Position numbers and translations under genes: made by a program | Origin: an uncultured bacterium | Lineage (GTDB): Bacteria > CSSED10-310 > CAZUFC01 | Length of the DNA: 64,000 bases | Assembly (NCBI GenBank): GCA_964619725.1 | Contig: CAZUFC010000011.1 | Location: forward strand, 1 to 64,000 | Direction: 5' to 3' | Part shown: piece after piece, positions 38,772 through 47,540 of the stretch | How positions within the stretch are numbered: the stretch's first letter is position 1 | Layout: each line of letters starts with the position of its first letter | Notes under the pieces: model-generated | What the model was told of the DNA's origin: nothing | What the model saw: the letters and a program-made list of their open reading frames with translations, nothing else | The model's database searches: none

Positions 38772-39977
38772 ATGAAAAAAAATAAAAAACAAAATAAAAA
38801 CCAGACACCGGAATTCATAAAAAAAATCAGGCTGTCGAATATCCTTTCATTCGGGAGCAAACCCCAGGAAATTCATCTCGGTCCGCTTAACGTCCTGATA
38901 GGACCGAACGGATCAGGGAAATCCAATCTTATCGACGTTATTTCTGTTTTACAGGCTGCAGATAAGGATATCGCTGATCCCGTTCGTAAAGGCGGAGGCG
39001 TTCACAACTGGTTATGGAAAGGATCGGAAGAAGTTCCTTCTGCAAAAATAGAAACTGTAATTGGACATCCTTTTGATCCTGATTCAGACATTCGTTATTC
39101 CTTTTCCTTTACCGCTGATGGGCAGCAGTTCAAGATCGCTGATGAGTTTTTGGAACGTGAATCAAATAAAACTGAAGAAGGCGGAGATCATTTCTATTAC
39201 AGGTTCGAACAGGGATATCCATACATAAAACCCAAAGAAAGTCCCGGAACTTTTACGATTTTCCTTCATAATCCTCAATTGTCTATTTTAAGTCAGAGGA
39301 AGGACCCCGATCAGTTTCCCGAAATAACATGGTTGGGCGAACAATTTCATTCAATAAAAATTTACAGGGAATGGCGGTTCGGCATGAAATCAATTTTACG
39401 GTCGCCTCAACCGGCAGACCTCAAGACGGATTTCCTTTCCGAAGATTGTTCGAATTTGGGTTTAATCCTGAATAAAATACGATTGAATTCAACCGATAAA
39501 AAAAGATTCAAAGATTATTTAAAAGAATTCTATGCGGGTATCGATGATTTTGATATCAGCGTGGAGGGCAATACAGTTCAAATATTTCTGCAAGAAGACG
39601 AATACACGATACCCGCAGTCCGTCTTTCAGACGGGACTCTCCGGTATATAAGCCTTCTGGCAATACTCTGTCATCCGAATCCTCCACCTCTCATATGCAT
39701 CGAGGAACCGGAACTTGGAATTCATCCTGATATAATACTCACTCTGGCGGAATTGCTCGTGAAAGCGTCCCGGAGGACCCAGCTCATCATAACGACCCAT
39801 TCTGAAGCCCTGGTTGATCAACTGACGCATACGCCTGAGTCCGTGATCGTTTGCGAGAAGGAAAAAGACGGCACGGCTATGAAGCGCTTAAGCGCCGATA
39901 AACTGAAATTGTGGATCGAGGAATACTCGTTAGGCGAATTATGGAGGAAAGGCGAAATCGGAGGAACGCGCTGGTGA
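38772..39977 (+). CDS. ABC-type (AAA_21/AAA_15) ATPase
   Basis: GPNGSGKSN, LSDGTLR signature, IEEPE, TTHS, GELWRKGEIGG. Confidence 0.9.
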   Translation: MKKNKKQNKNQTPEFIKKIRLSNILSFGSKPQEIHLGPLNVLIGPNGSGKSNLIDVISVLQAADKDIADPVRKGGGVHNWLWKGSEEVPSAKIETVIGHPFDPDSDIRYSFSFTADGQQFKIADEFLERESNKTEEGGDHFYYRFEQGYPYIKPKESPGTFTIFLHNPQLSILSQRKDPDQFPEITWLGEQFHSIKIYREWRFGMKSILRSPQPADLKTDFLSEDCSNLGLILNKIRLNSTDKKRFKDYLKEFYAGIDDFDISVEGNTVQIFLQEDEYTIPAVRLSDGTLRYISLLAILCHPNPPPLICIEEPELGIHPDIILTLAELLVKASRRTQLIITTHSEALVDQLTHTPESVIVCEKEKDGTAMKRLSADKLKLWIEEYSLGELWRKGEIGGTRW

Positions 39978-40607
39978 AAGGACGGAAGGTTAAAATATAC
40001 GTTGAGGGCGGCGGTGAAAAAAAAGCATTTAAAAAGAGAATGTCGCCGAGGATTCAAAAATTTTTTTGAAAACGCCGGGCTTAATGTCAGCTCTATTAAA
40101 ATTATCGCCTGTGGAGATCGACACAGAACTTATCATGATTTCTGTAAAGCGCTTAAACTGTCTGAACGGAATGAAACACCACTTTTGCTTGTTGACAGCG
40201 AACAGCCTGTCAGTCACGGAAATCAACGGGAAAATGCCTTTTTACCCTGGAATCATTTACTCGCTCACGATGGTTGGTTCAAACCGAAAGCATCTAGCGA
40301 CAATCAAGCTCATATGATGGTGCAGTGCATGGAGAGCTGGTTTTTAGCCGACATTCGAGCGCTGAAGGATTTTTTTGGTGAGCGGTTTTCAAGAAATTCT
40401 CTGCCTGGTGGTAATGACCTGGAAAACGTTGAGACAAATCATGTTATAAGTACATTGAAAAATGCTTCACGAAGAACTCAAAAAGGTAAATACAGCAAAA
40501 GTTCCCATTCTTTTGAGATTCTAAGAAAAATCGATCCTGAAAATGTTTTTAGGCGATCGAGATGGGCACGCAGATTGAAAGACCTTCTGCAAAACATGCT
40601 GCGATAG
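39974..40607 (+). pseudogene. DUF4276-family TOPRIM-like protein, frameshifted at an A8 tract (40017-40024)
   Basis: GTG 39974 frame encodes KVKIYVEGGG; the +1 frame continues KHLKRECRRGF...LLVDSE...MESWFLAD...YSK. Confidence 0.75.
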
Positions 40608-40814
40608 CGTCTGTCGTAAACTAGATTCCAGGTTTAAATTTTATCGCTGGGCAGACGCTGCGGTTTTTGATCCATCCCGCTGCGCGGGAAGCAATTTTAT
40701 CTTAAGACCAGGAAGGCAATGATTGCGAGTCAGTAGGATTACTTGTACGTTGACTCAGCAAATCCGCAGCCTGACGCAGTATTAAGGAAAATCTACCGTT
40801 TATGGACAAAACTA
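40605..40814 (-). mobile_element. MITE-like element family B (reverse orientation)
   Basis: TAGCGTCTGTCGTAAAC...GTTTATGGACAAAACTA; its terminal TAG is the stop codon of the DUF4276 ORF. Confidence 0.7.
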
Positions 40815-41049
40815 TGATAGAAATCGTGTGTGGAAGATTGCTGGCATTAGACTTCAAAACGATGGACTGAAGGAAAACAGAGCTAAACTTCCAGCGAAAG
40901 CCATGAAACTCTAACCCTCTTTTATTCTTAGCGGTTTACGTTGATCGAGGATATAGTGATAATCGGGACCGCACATTTTTACTCAAACTTGATCAGCAGC
41001 ATGGCGCTGCCGTAGAATAATATCAGTTGAACAGGGGAGGAAGAAAAAA

Positions 41050-42078
41050 ATGAGTTTTCGATTCTGGAAAAGGATAAAAATCGCGCCGGGCGTAACGGTC
41101 AATTTAAGTAAATCGGGAGCTTCTTTGTCGTTCGGTCCGCGGGGAGCGAAGTATACTCTGGGAGGCGGCGGAGCAAGGACGACGGTAGGGATTCCGGGAA
41201 CAGGATTGTTTTATACGAAAACTTCAGGAAGCGGAAAAAAGTCCGGGAAAAGAAGCGATACCGATGCACCGACGGTTCGCCCTGAGGACCGTTTGAGCCT
41301 GGGATTCTTCAAACGTCTTCTGACGCCGGATGATGAGGAAGGCTTTGTGGACGGTTGCCGGGAGCTGGTTCTGGGGCATGAGGACAGAGCTCTTGACCAT
41401 TTCAGACATGTGGTGCATCTGGCGGATGCGGCCTATTTGGCGGGTTTTCTCGCGCTCAAGAGGCGACAGTTGGATGAAGCTGAGGATTATTTCAGCGTAG
41501 CCGTTGAAAAAAACTTGAAACTGGGTCGTTATTTCTCCAAATACGGTATGAGCGCCGTAATGAGTCTTCCCATTGCTGAGGATATCTGCGTGCATGTCGG
41601 TCCGGACCTTAAAGGAACGTTACTGGGACTGACCGAGGTCTATCAGCATCAGGATCGAACGCATGATGCGCTGAAGTGCCTGGAAAAACTTCACCACCTG
41701 GAACCGAACGATGCCGTGGTTATGCTCTCGCTCGCCGAGCTGCTTATGGAAGCCTATCCTGAAAATAATAAAATCTGCAGAAAAGTCATCCGGTTTATCG
41801 GGTATATAAAAAATGAAACGCCGGTTCATGCCGCCTTGCTGCTCTACAAGGCAAGAGCTCTAAAACAACTCGAACTCCTCTCTGCCGCCAGGGATGTCCT
41901 GACGACAGCCTTGCGCCGGAAAAAGGGCAGGTCTCCAGAACTGCTGAAAACTATCCGGTACGAACGCGCTCTCGTCTATGATAAAATCGGAAAAAAATAC
42001 AAGGCGCGAAGCGAATTCGAAAAAATTTACTCCGATGACCCGGATTATGAGGATGTCGCCGATCGGTTGGGTTTATAG
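41050..42078 (+). CDS. DUF4236 domain + TPR protein
   Basis: FRFWKRIKIAPGVTVNLSKSGASLSFG...GIPGTGLFY; C-terminal TPRs. Confidence 0.85.
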   Translation: MSFRFWKRIKIAPGVTVNLSKSGASLSFGPRGAKYTLGGGGARTTVGIPGTGLFYTKTSGSGKKSGKRSDTDAPTVRPEDRLSLGFFKRLLTPDDEEGFVDGCRELVLGHEDRALDHFRHVVHLADAAYLAGFLALKRRQLDEAEDYFSVAVEKNLKLGRYFSKYGMSAVMSLPIAEDICVHVGPDLKGTLLGLTEVYQHQDRTHDALKCLEKLHHLEPNDAVVMLSLAELLMEAYPENNKICRKVIRFIGYIKNETPVHAALLLYKARALKQLELLSAARDVLTTALRRKKGRSPELLKTIRYERALVYDKIGKKYKARSEFEKIYSDDPDYEDVADRLGL

Positions 42079-42172
42079 CGGGCAATCGGTATCGCAATCG
42101 AAATACTCATCGTAATATTCACGGTTCCATGGTTTTTCTCACCAGCGCCTGTCCATAAACTTGATTTTTTTT

Positions 42173-44239
42173 TCAGTTCCAACGTTTCGTGAAAATCATT
42201 ATGCTCAACCCGGCAATCAGGATGCTTATTCCCCCGACCTTCATAGCCGGAACAGAAGGGATCGGCGGCAACCTGTAATGATATCCCATATCAACAATAC
42301 CCTGATCGAATGCGTGATCGGTCTGGACAGTGTAGTTTTCCGAGAGGTTTCTGGCTTCGGCTGCGACGTCGCCTGCGTTCAGGCATGGGCTGTCTGTCTC
42401 CTGGCCGCCGGAAATGGAGCTCAGGTAAAAATCTCCATTGGGTCCTGATGTCCAGTGGGGGTCTTCGCTTATTGAATTGGGACCGGGATTCACGTTGTAG
42501 TAATCAGCAGTCTCGCAGTTCAGGACGTTGTTATAGTCTGTATCGAGAGGGGGAGAACCCTCATAGTGAACTCCATCGCCCTCGCCTGGCGATGGCGAAA
42601 AGCACTGGCCCTGGTTTCCGCCTATGATTCCCATGATGACATTGCTTGCGCAGCCCGTTATTTCAGTTGAGTTCCAGGAATGGATGCCGGCTGCGAAACC
42701 TCCGTCGCCGCCGACGCCGCAGCATATCCCCGGACCGCCGGTTGGAGTCGGCGTTGCGGTAGCCGTAGAGTCAGGTTCAGGAGTTTGCGTAGTCGCCGGC
42801 TCAGCATACTGATTTTTCCTGACGGCATAAAAACATCTGATTGAAGAAACAGCGCCGCAGGAGGAAAAGGAGGCAGATAAAGCGGCGGCTCTGTTTGTAT
42901 CTCTTGGATCATTGTGCCTGAATACAATTCGCTTTTCGTTCGCTTGCGGATTTTCTTCTCCTTTTTTAGCCCTTCTTCCTCCGTCTCCGCCTTTTCCCGC
43001 TTCAATATCATTAAGAGTATTATTATATAGTTCCGCTATACTCGATGAAAAAGCAGTTCCATAGGCATACCCGCCGTCGCCTCCGTGTCCGCAGGGTCCG
43101 CCGGGTGGCCCCCAGGCTCCCGCAGCGCCGTTCCCTCCCGTTACAGAGTAAACGAGATTGTTTATCATTGAAGCTGTTGTTCCGACGTCGAAGAAGAATC
43201 CAGCAGCGCCGCCTCCGTCACCGCCATCTCCTGATCCGGCCGGGCCGCCGAATGCGCCGGAGCCTCCCAATCCTCCGTTTATTATGCTTATTTCGTTACT
43301 ATGCAACGAACTTAAACCGAAGTTATTTAAAAATATGCCGGCTGCTTTTCCTCCATGACCGCCGTCGCCTGCAGTATATTGAACCATGTAAGCTCCACCG
43401 CCCTTACCGGCGTAAATTCCGGCAATCGAGTTGTCCCAGTAGTCTGCAGTTGCCGAACTTCCCTGCACGCGCACACCCCAGGCATCTCCGCCTTCGCCGC
43501 CGTCTGCAGAATAATTCGAGTTCCATCCTCCGTCGCCGCCATCCCCTCCATGAATGTTCGATACAGCGTTCCCGTTCAACTGTATATCAGTACACTGATC
43601 CAGAAAAATCGCGCATCCTTCTCCTCCGTTGCCTCCCGTATGAGTATAATTCGGATAGGTTCCGTCACCGCCGTCCCCTCCACTGATATTCGAGAAGATG
43701 TTGTTTTCCATAACGACAAAAAAACCGGTCAGATGCACTCCGTAAGCGCCGTTTCCGTCGCCTGGAGGAGATGAACCGCCCGGATATCCGTCGGCTCCCT
43801 GCAATGATTCGAAACTGCACATTTCAATATCTATGATTCCTGAACCATCGCCATAAACGCCTGTCTCTGCATTTCGAATAACAAGCCCTTTGATTTGCGC
43901 ATCTCCGTTGAGGACTACGCCGGCCGCCCCTCCACCCCCTGCTATTTCCGTCATGAAACTGAAAGGTTTCCATTCCGCCCACCCGCTGCTGTATCCTCCC
44001 CGGATATAAATCCCCGAGGGCGCCGACAAAGTTTCATGGTATACTCCCTGTGCGATTAGAACCGTATCCCCGGACATCGATGCATCCAAGGCATCATGAA
44101 TTTCATTAAACGGGTTTTCCGGCGTCCCCTGCCAGGGACCGTCGATGTTATCGTCGTCCACGTAAATTACCAAAGCATGCGTCGCACTCCCCCACAAAAA
44201 CGCAGAAATGAATGCAGAAACGAGTATTTTTCCCTTCAT
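42173..44239 (-). CDS. Secreted Gly-rich beta-helix (DUF1565-like) protein with IPTL-CTERM-like tail
   Basis: Signal peptide, IYVDD...GTPENPF, repeated GGxGGxGG loops, SPCLNAG...DMGYHY, SVPAMKVGG plus TM plus KR. Confidence 0.8.
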   Translation of the reverse strand: MKGKILVSAFISAFLWGSATHALVIYVDDDNIDGPWQGTPENPFNEIHDALDASMSGDTVLIAQGVYHETLSAPSGIYIRGGYSSGWAEWKPFSFMTEIAGGGGAAGVVLNGDAQIKGLVIRNAETGVYGDGSGIIDIEMCSFESLQGADGYPGGSSPPGDGNGAYGVHLTGFFVVMENNIFSNISGGDGGDGTYPNYTHTGGNGGEGCAIFLDQCTDIQLNGNAVSNIHGGDGGDGGWNSNYSADGGEGGDAWGVRVQGSSATADYWDNSIAGIYAGKGGGAYMVQYTAGDGGHGGKAAGIFLNNFGLSSLHSNEISIINGGLGGSGAFGGPAGSGDGGDGGGAAGFFFDVGTTASMINNLVYSVTGGNGAAGAWGPPGGPCGHGGDGGYAYGTAFSSSIAELYNNTLNDIEAGKGGDGGRRAKKGEENPQANEKRIVFRHNDPRDTNRAAALSASFSSCGAVSSIRCFYAVRKNQYAEPATTQTPEPDSTATATPTPTGGPGICCGVGGDGGFAAGIHSWNSTEITGCASNVIMGIIGGNQGQCFSPSPGEGDGVHYEGSPPLDTDYNNVLNCETADYYNVNPGPNSISEDPHWTSGPNGDFYLSSISGGQETDSPCLNAGDVAAEARNLSENYTVQTDHAFDQGIVDMGYHYRLPPIPSVPAMKVGGISILIAGLSIMIFTKRWN

Positions 44240-44511
44240 ATTTTTTTCCTTTCACACGAAAATTTTTAAATACTCATAACCCACCCGGTTTCTATTATTT
44301 TACGAAAATCAGCGCGCTTTTTCAAGCAAAGCATCATTGCATAAAATCACTTTTTATGTCTTTGTTTTCAGGTATCCGGAAGTGATGAACCCCACGAAAT
44401 GCTCCTCTGTTGACAACAACGGCAGTTACTTACGCGCATCCACCTGTATGATCGGCAGCAATGCGATGAATCTGCCTTAAACAAGCTGGAAGAGCAAACA
44501 CCTGGTTAATT

Positions 44512-44644
44512 TTTCATCTTTCAATAATTTTGACAGTTTGTTTCAGTAATCGGGGTCGGTATCGCAATCGTAATAGGAATCGAAACTAAATGAGGGAAAT
44601 TCGGAATAAATGTAACCTCAAAAGACCCATTTTTGATCAATGTC
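44512..44644 (-). mobile_element. MITE-like repeat family A copy (partial)
   Basis: TGACAGTTTGTTTCAGTAATCGGGGTCGG...TGTAACC...CATTTTTGATCAATG is a reverse homologue of 3661-3790. Confidence 0.65.
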
Positions 44645-44810
44645 ATTATTTCATTTCACTTTTTTTCTCAAAGTCAGACTCCCAATCAAAATTACTGTCG
44701 ACTACATCTTCAAGAGGGCAGCTTGCCGAAAGACCTAAGAATATATTAAAATGAATCATAGAGTCGTGAATCGGGCTATCAACAGGCGCATCGAACCTTC
44801 AGAGGGAAAC

Positions 44811-46409
44811 ATGAAAAAGTCATTGATTATTCTGGGATTTGCGTATTTTTTTACAGTGTCGCATGCTGGAGGCTCTGGAGATTCCGCTGCATGGGTCCGG
44901 TGTCTAGGCAGCGACGATTGGGGCGTTCGTTTATCGGCAGTAAAGAATCTCTGCGCTGCACAGCCGGAGGAAGCGCTCGATCAACTGAGGAACGGACTGC
45001 ATTCTGAGAAACCTGAAGTTCGATGGTGGTCGCTTTGGCTGCCGGCCCGCTTGATCGATGACGTTGACGTCTTGTCAGGTATTTTGTCTGAGATGTCTGC
45101 AGATGCACATCCCGGGATCAGGATCGGAGTCGTTGCAGCAGCAGGTCGTTTAGGCGCTGACAAGGGAGCTGAAACGACTTTAAAATTAATCACGGATGCC
45201 GATCCCAACGTAAGACAGGCAGCGGTATGGATGTTGGGAGAGTTCAAAAAAGCTGAGTCTGTTGAAGATTTAATTGAGAATTTAGACGACAGAGATTATC
45301 GCGTAAGAATTACCGTATCCCAAGCATTAGCGAAAATCGGGGAACCGGCTGTCGATAAACTGATCGAAACCTTGGCCGATACTGATGCGACTATCCGGTC
45401 CGCGGCTGCGAGAGCGTTACGGTTGATGAACGACGAAGCTGCAGTCGACGCTCTCATTAAAGCTCTGGAACCGGATGATTCTGATCTTCCCGGGTATAAG
45501 GCCCGGTGGGCGGCAGCCTCTTTGGGAATCATGAGGGCTGAAAAAGCAACCGAATCCCTAAGGGAAACTTTGAAAAGGGAAATCAGTGACAGGAATCCCG
45601 GATGGTTTTCCTACTGGCGGGATACAATACTCAGTACATTTCTGGACCTGGACAGGCCTTACCTGGTCATGGAAGTCGTTAACGCTCTCGGGAAATTGAA
45701 GGATAAGGACTCTGGCGAGTTAATAATACCGCTTTTGAATAAATATGAAGACCCGATTTTAAGAGGACCCGCGATAATGGCCCTGGGCAGCATTGGAGAT
45801 GAACGGGCTGTAGAATCCCTTACGGAAATCATCGACGATGAATTCATGATGCCGTCTGTTATGACCGCCCTGGCTCAATGCGGCGACGAAGGACGCGAAA
45901 AGGTCAACGAAATGCTGCAGCATGAAGACGAAGAATACCGGAAAGCAGCAGAGAAAGCGCTGCAGTACGGTAGTTATACCCGGTCGTCAGGCATCAATCA
46001 ATCCTCCGAAAAAATCCCCGTATTCAACGAATTCGACAGCCCGGAGCATGTATTTCCCGATATTCTTGACTTATATGAACTGGACCCGATTGATGCCGGG
46101 AAGGAAAAGATCGATGAATGGATTCAGTTGGCTGCGACAGGCAATCACCCAAGACGAATCTCATCGATAAGGTTGCTTGCAAGAAGCAAAAATGATCGCG
46201 CCCCCGGGGTTCTAAAACGATTGATTTATGATTCCAATCCAGCAGTACGAGCCGCGGCAGCTATCGGTCTCGGAAGATTACGCAAGATTTCCAATGCGAG
46301 AATTCTACTGGAAAAATTGATACTGAACGATTTCGTCATATCAGAAAAAGCCGCGGCCGCGCTTCTTCTTATGGGTTTATCAGACGACTGCTCGTCGTAT
46401 CAGCGCTGA
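44811..46409 (+). CDS. Exported HEAT-repeat (PBS-lyase-like) protein
   Basis: Signal peptide MKKSLIIL; many VRxAAxxxLG repeats. Confidence 0.85.
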   Translation: MKKSLIILGFAYFFTVSHAGGSGDSAAWVRCLGSDDWGVRLSAVKNLCAAQPEEALDQLRNGLHSEKPEVRWWSLWLPARLIDDVDVLSGILSEMSADAHPGIRIGVVAAAGRLGADKGAETTLKLITDADPNVRQAAVWMLGEFKKAESVEDLIENLDDRDYRVRITVSQALAKIGEPAVDKLIETLADTDATIRSAAARALRLMNDEAAVDALIKALEPDDSDLPGYKARWAAASLGIMRAEKATESLRETLKREISDRNPGWFSYWRDTILSTFLDLDRPYLVMEVVNALGKLKDKDSGELIIPLLNKYEDPILRGPAIMALGSIGDERAVESLTEIIDDEFMMPSVMTALAQCGDEGREKVNEMLQHEDEEYRKAAEKALQYGSYTRSSGINQSSEKIPVFNEFDSPEHVFPDILDLYELDPIDAGKEKIDEWIQLAATGNHPRRISSIRLLARSKNDRAPGVLKRLIYDSNPAVRAAAAIGLGRLRKISNARILLEKLILNDFVISEKAAAALLLMGLSDDCSSYQR

Positions 46410-46412
46410 ATT

Positions 46413-47093
46413 TTACTCGCCGGGATGCCCGACTGTCTGAGACAAAATTATTTTCTGGTCTATTTTCAGTTTCATGGCTTTCGCCAATGCCGGCCTGTCT
46501 ACCCAACCCCTTACGACTGTCGCCAAACCTTCAGAAGCACAATACAGGTAAACGTTCTGAGCGATGAATCCCGTATCGGCTGCAGCATACAATGTTTTAT
46601 CCTCCTTTGAGGAGTCGCCCATCTTCGATAAATCAGCTACATAAACAAGATTCAGCGGCGCCTTCTCAACGAAATCCTGTTTGCCGGTAACTTTCCTGAT
46701 GTCTTCATCCAGTATTTTTACCAAGGCATGCTTCGAAGCGTGAAAAAGATAAAGACCGTCTGCAACAGCAACGTAAATATCTATCTCCTGGCGGTTTCTG
46801 GCAGAAGGAGCCGTCCTTTTTCCCGATTCAGGGCGATTGATTCCGAAAGCCGCCCACAGCAAATTCGAAATAGTCTGCGGAGACAATTCTTTTTCGCTGT
46901 ATGAGCGTGATGAAGACCTCTCCTGCAATGCTTCCATCAACGGCTTGCCTCCCGTTTTTTCCGGCGCCGGAAGTTCCATAACTTTCACCTCATCATTTTC
47001 TGCCGCATTCATCAGTCCCGCCGGAAGGATAAGGCCTACAGCGATCACAACAGCGGTTAATATTTTCGTTCCTTTGAATATGGATCGATTCAT
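46413..47093 (-). CDS. Nitroreductase / SagB-ThcOx family flavoprotein with signal peptide
   Basis: ALQERSSSRSY, LLWAAFG, RTAPSA, DTGFIAQNVYL. Confidence 0.88.
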   Translation of the reverse strand: MNRSIFKGTKILTAVVIAVGLILPAGLMNAAENDEVKVMELPAPEKTGGKPLMEALQERSSSRSYSEKELSPQTISNLLWAAFGINRPESGKRTAPSARNRQEIDIYVAVADGLYLFHASKHALVKILDEDIRKVTGKQDFVEKAPLNLVYVADLSKMGDSSKEDKTLYAAADTGFIAQNVYLYCASEGLATVVRGWVDRPALAKAMKLKIDQKIILSQTVGHPGE

Positions 47094-47457
47094 GATTTTC
47101 CTCCTTTTTTCTCCTTGTTGATCCGTTATCATTTGTGCCGAAGCGAATTTCCGGCGCTCACCGGATAACATCCAAAATTTTATCTGAATTTTCATTCCGA
47201 GTCTACAGAATTGATTAAACGCTAATCAGCGAGCATCTGCGACGGAAGCGTCAACCATTATCGCCGGTGACTTGTAATTATAGGATTGATTCTAGGTCGA
47301 CAGCGCGTATAGGTGGCTTGAAGCATTATTGAGGAAAATTGGCCGTTTGTGTATAGAAACTCTTCAGCATCTTTACAGCCATTTCGATAAATATCGTATG
47401 AAAAATACTTAGCGGACCCAATACGCCGGGGAAGAAAGCAGCATTCGTCGTGATGCG

Positions 47458-47491
47458 AAAATGAGCCTGCGACGGCTTATCGCAGGCTCAT
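47458..47491 (-). terminator. Intrinsic terminator after the VIT-vWA gene
   Basis: ATGAGCCTGCGA/TCGCAGGCTCAT 12-bp stem with a short T-tract on the minus strand. Confidence 0.65.
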
Positions 47492-47540
47492 TCTCATTTT
47501 TCATCGCCTGGGCTGACCGACCAGGGTTGACTGCTTCACG

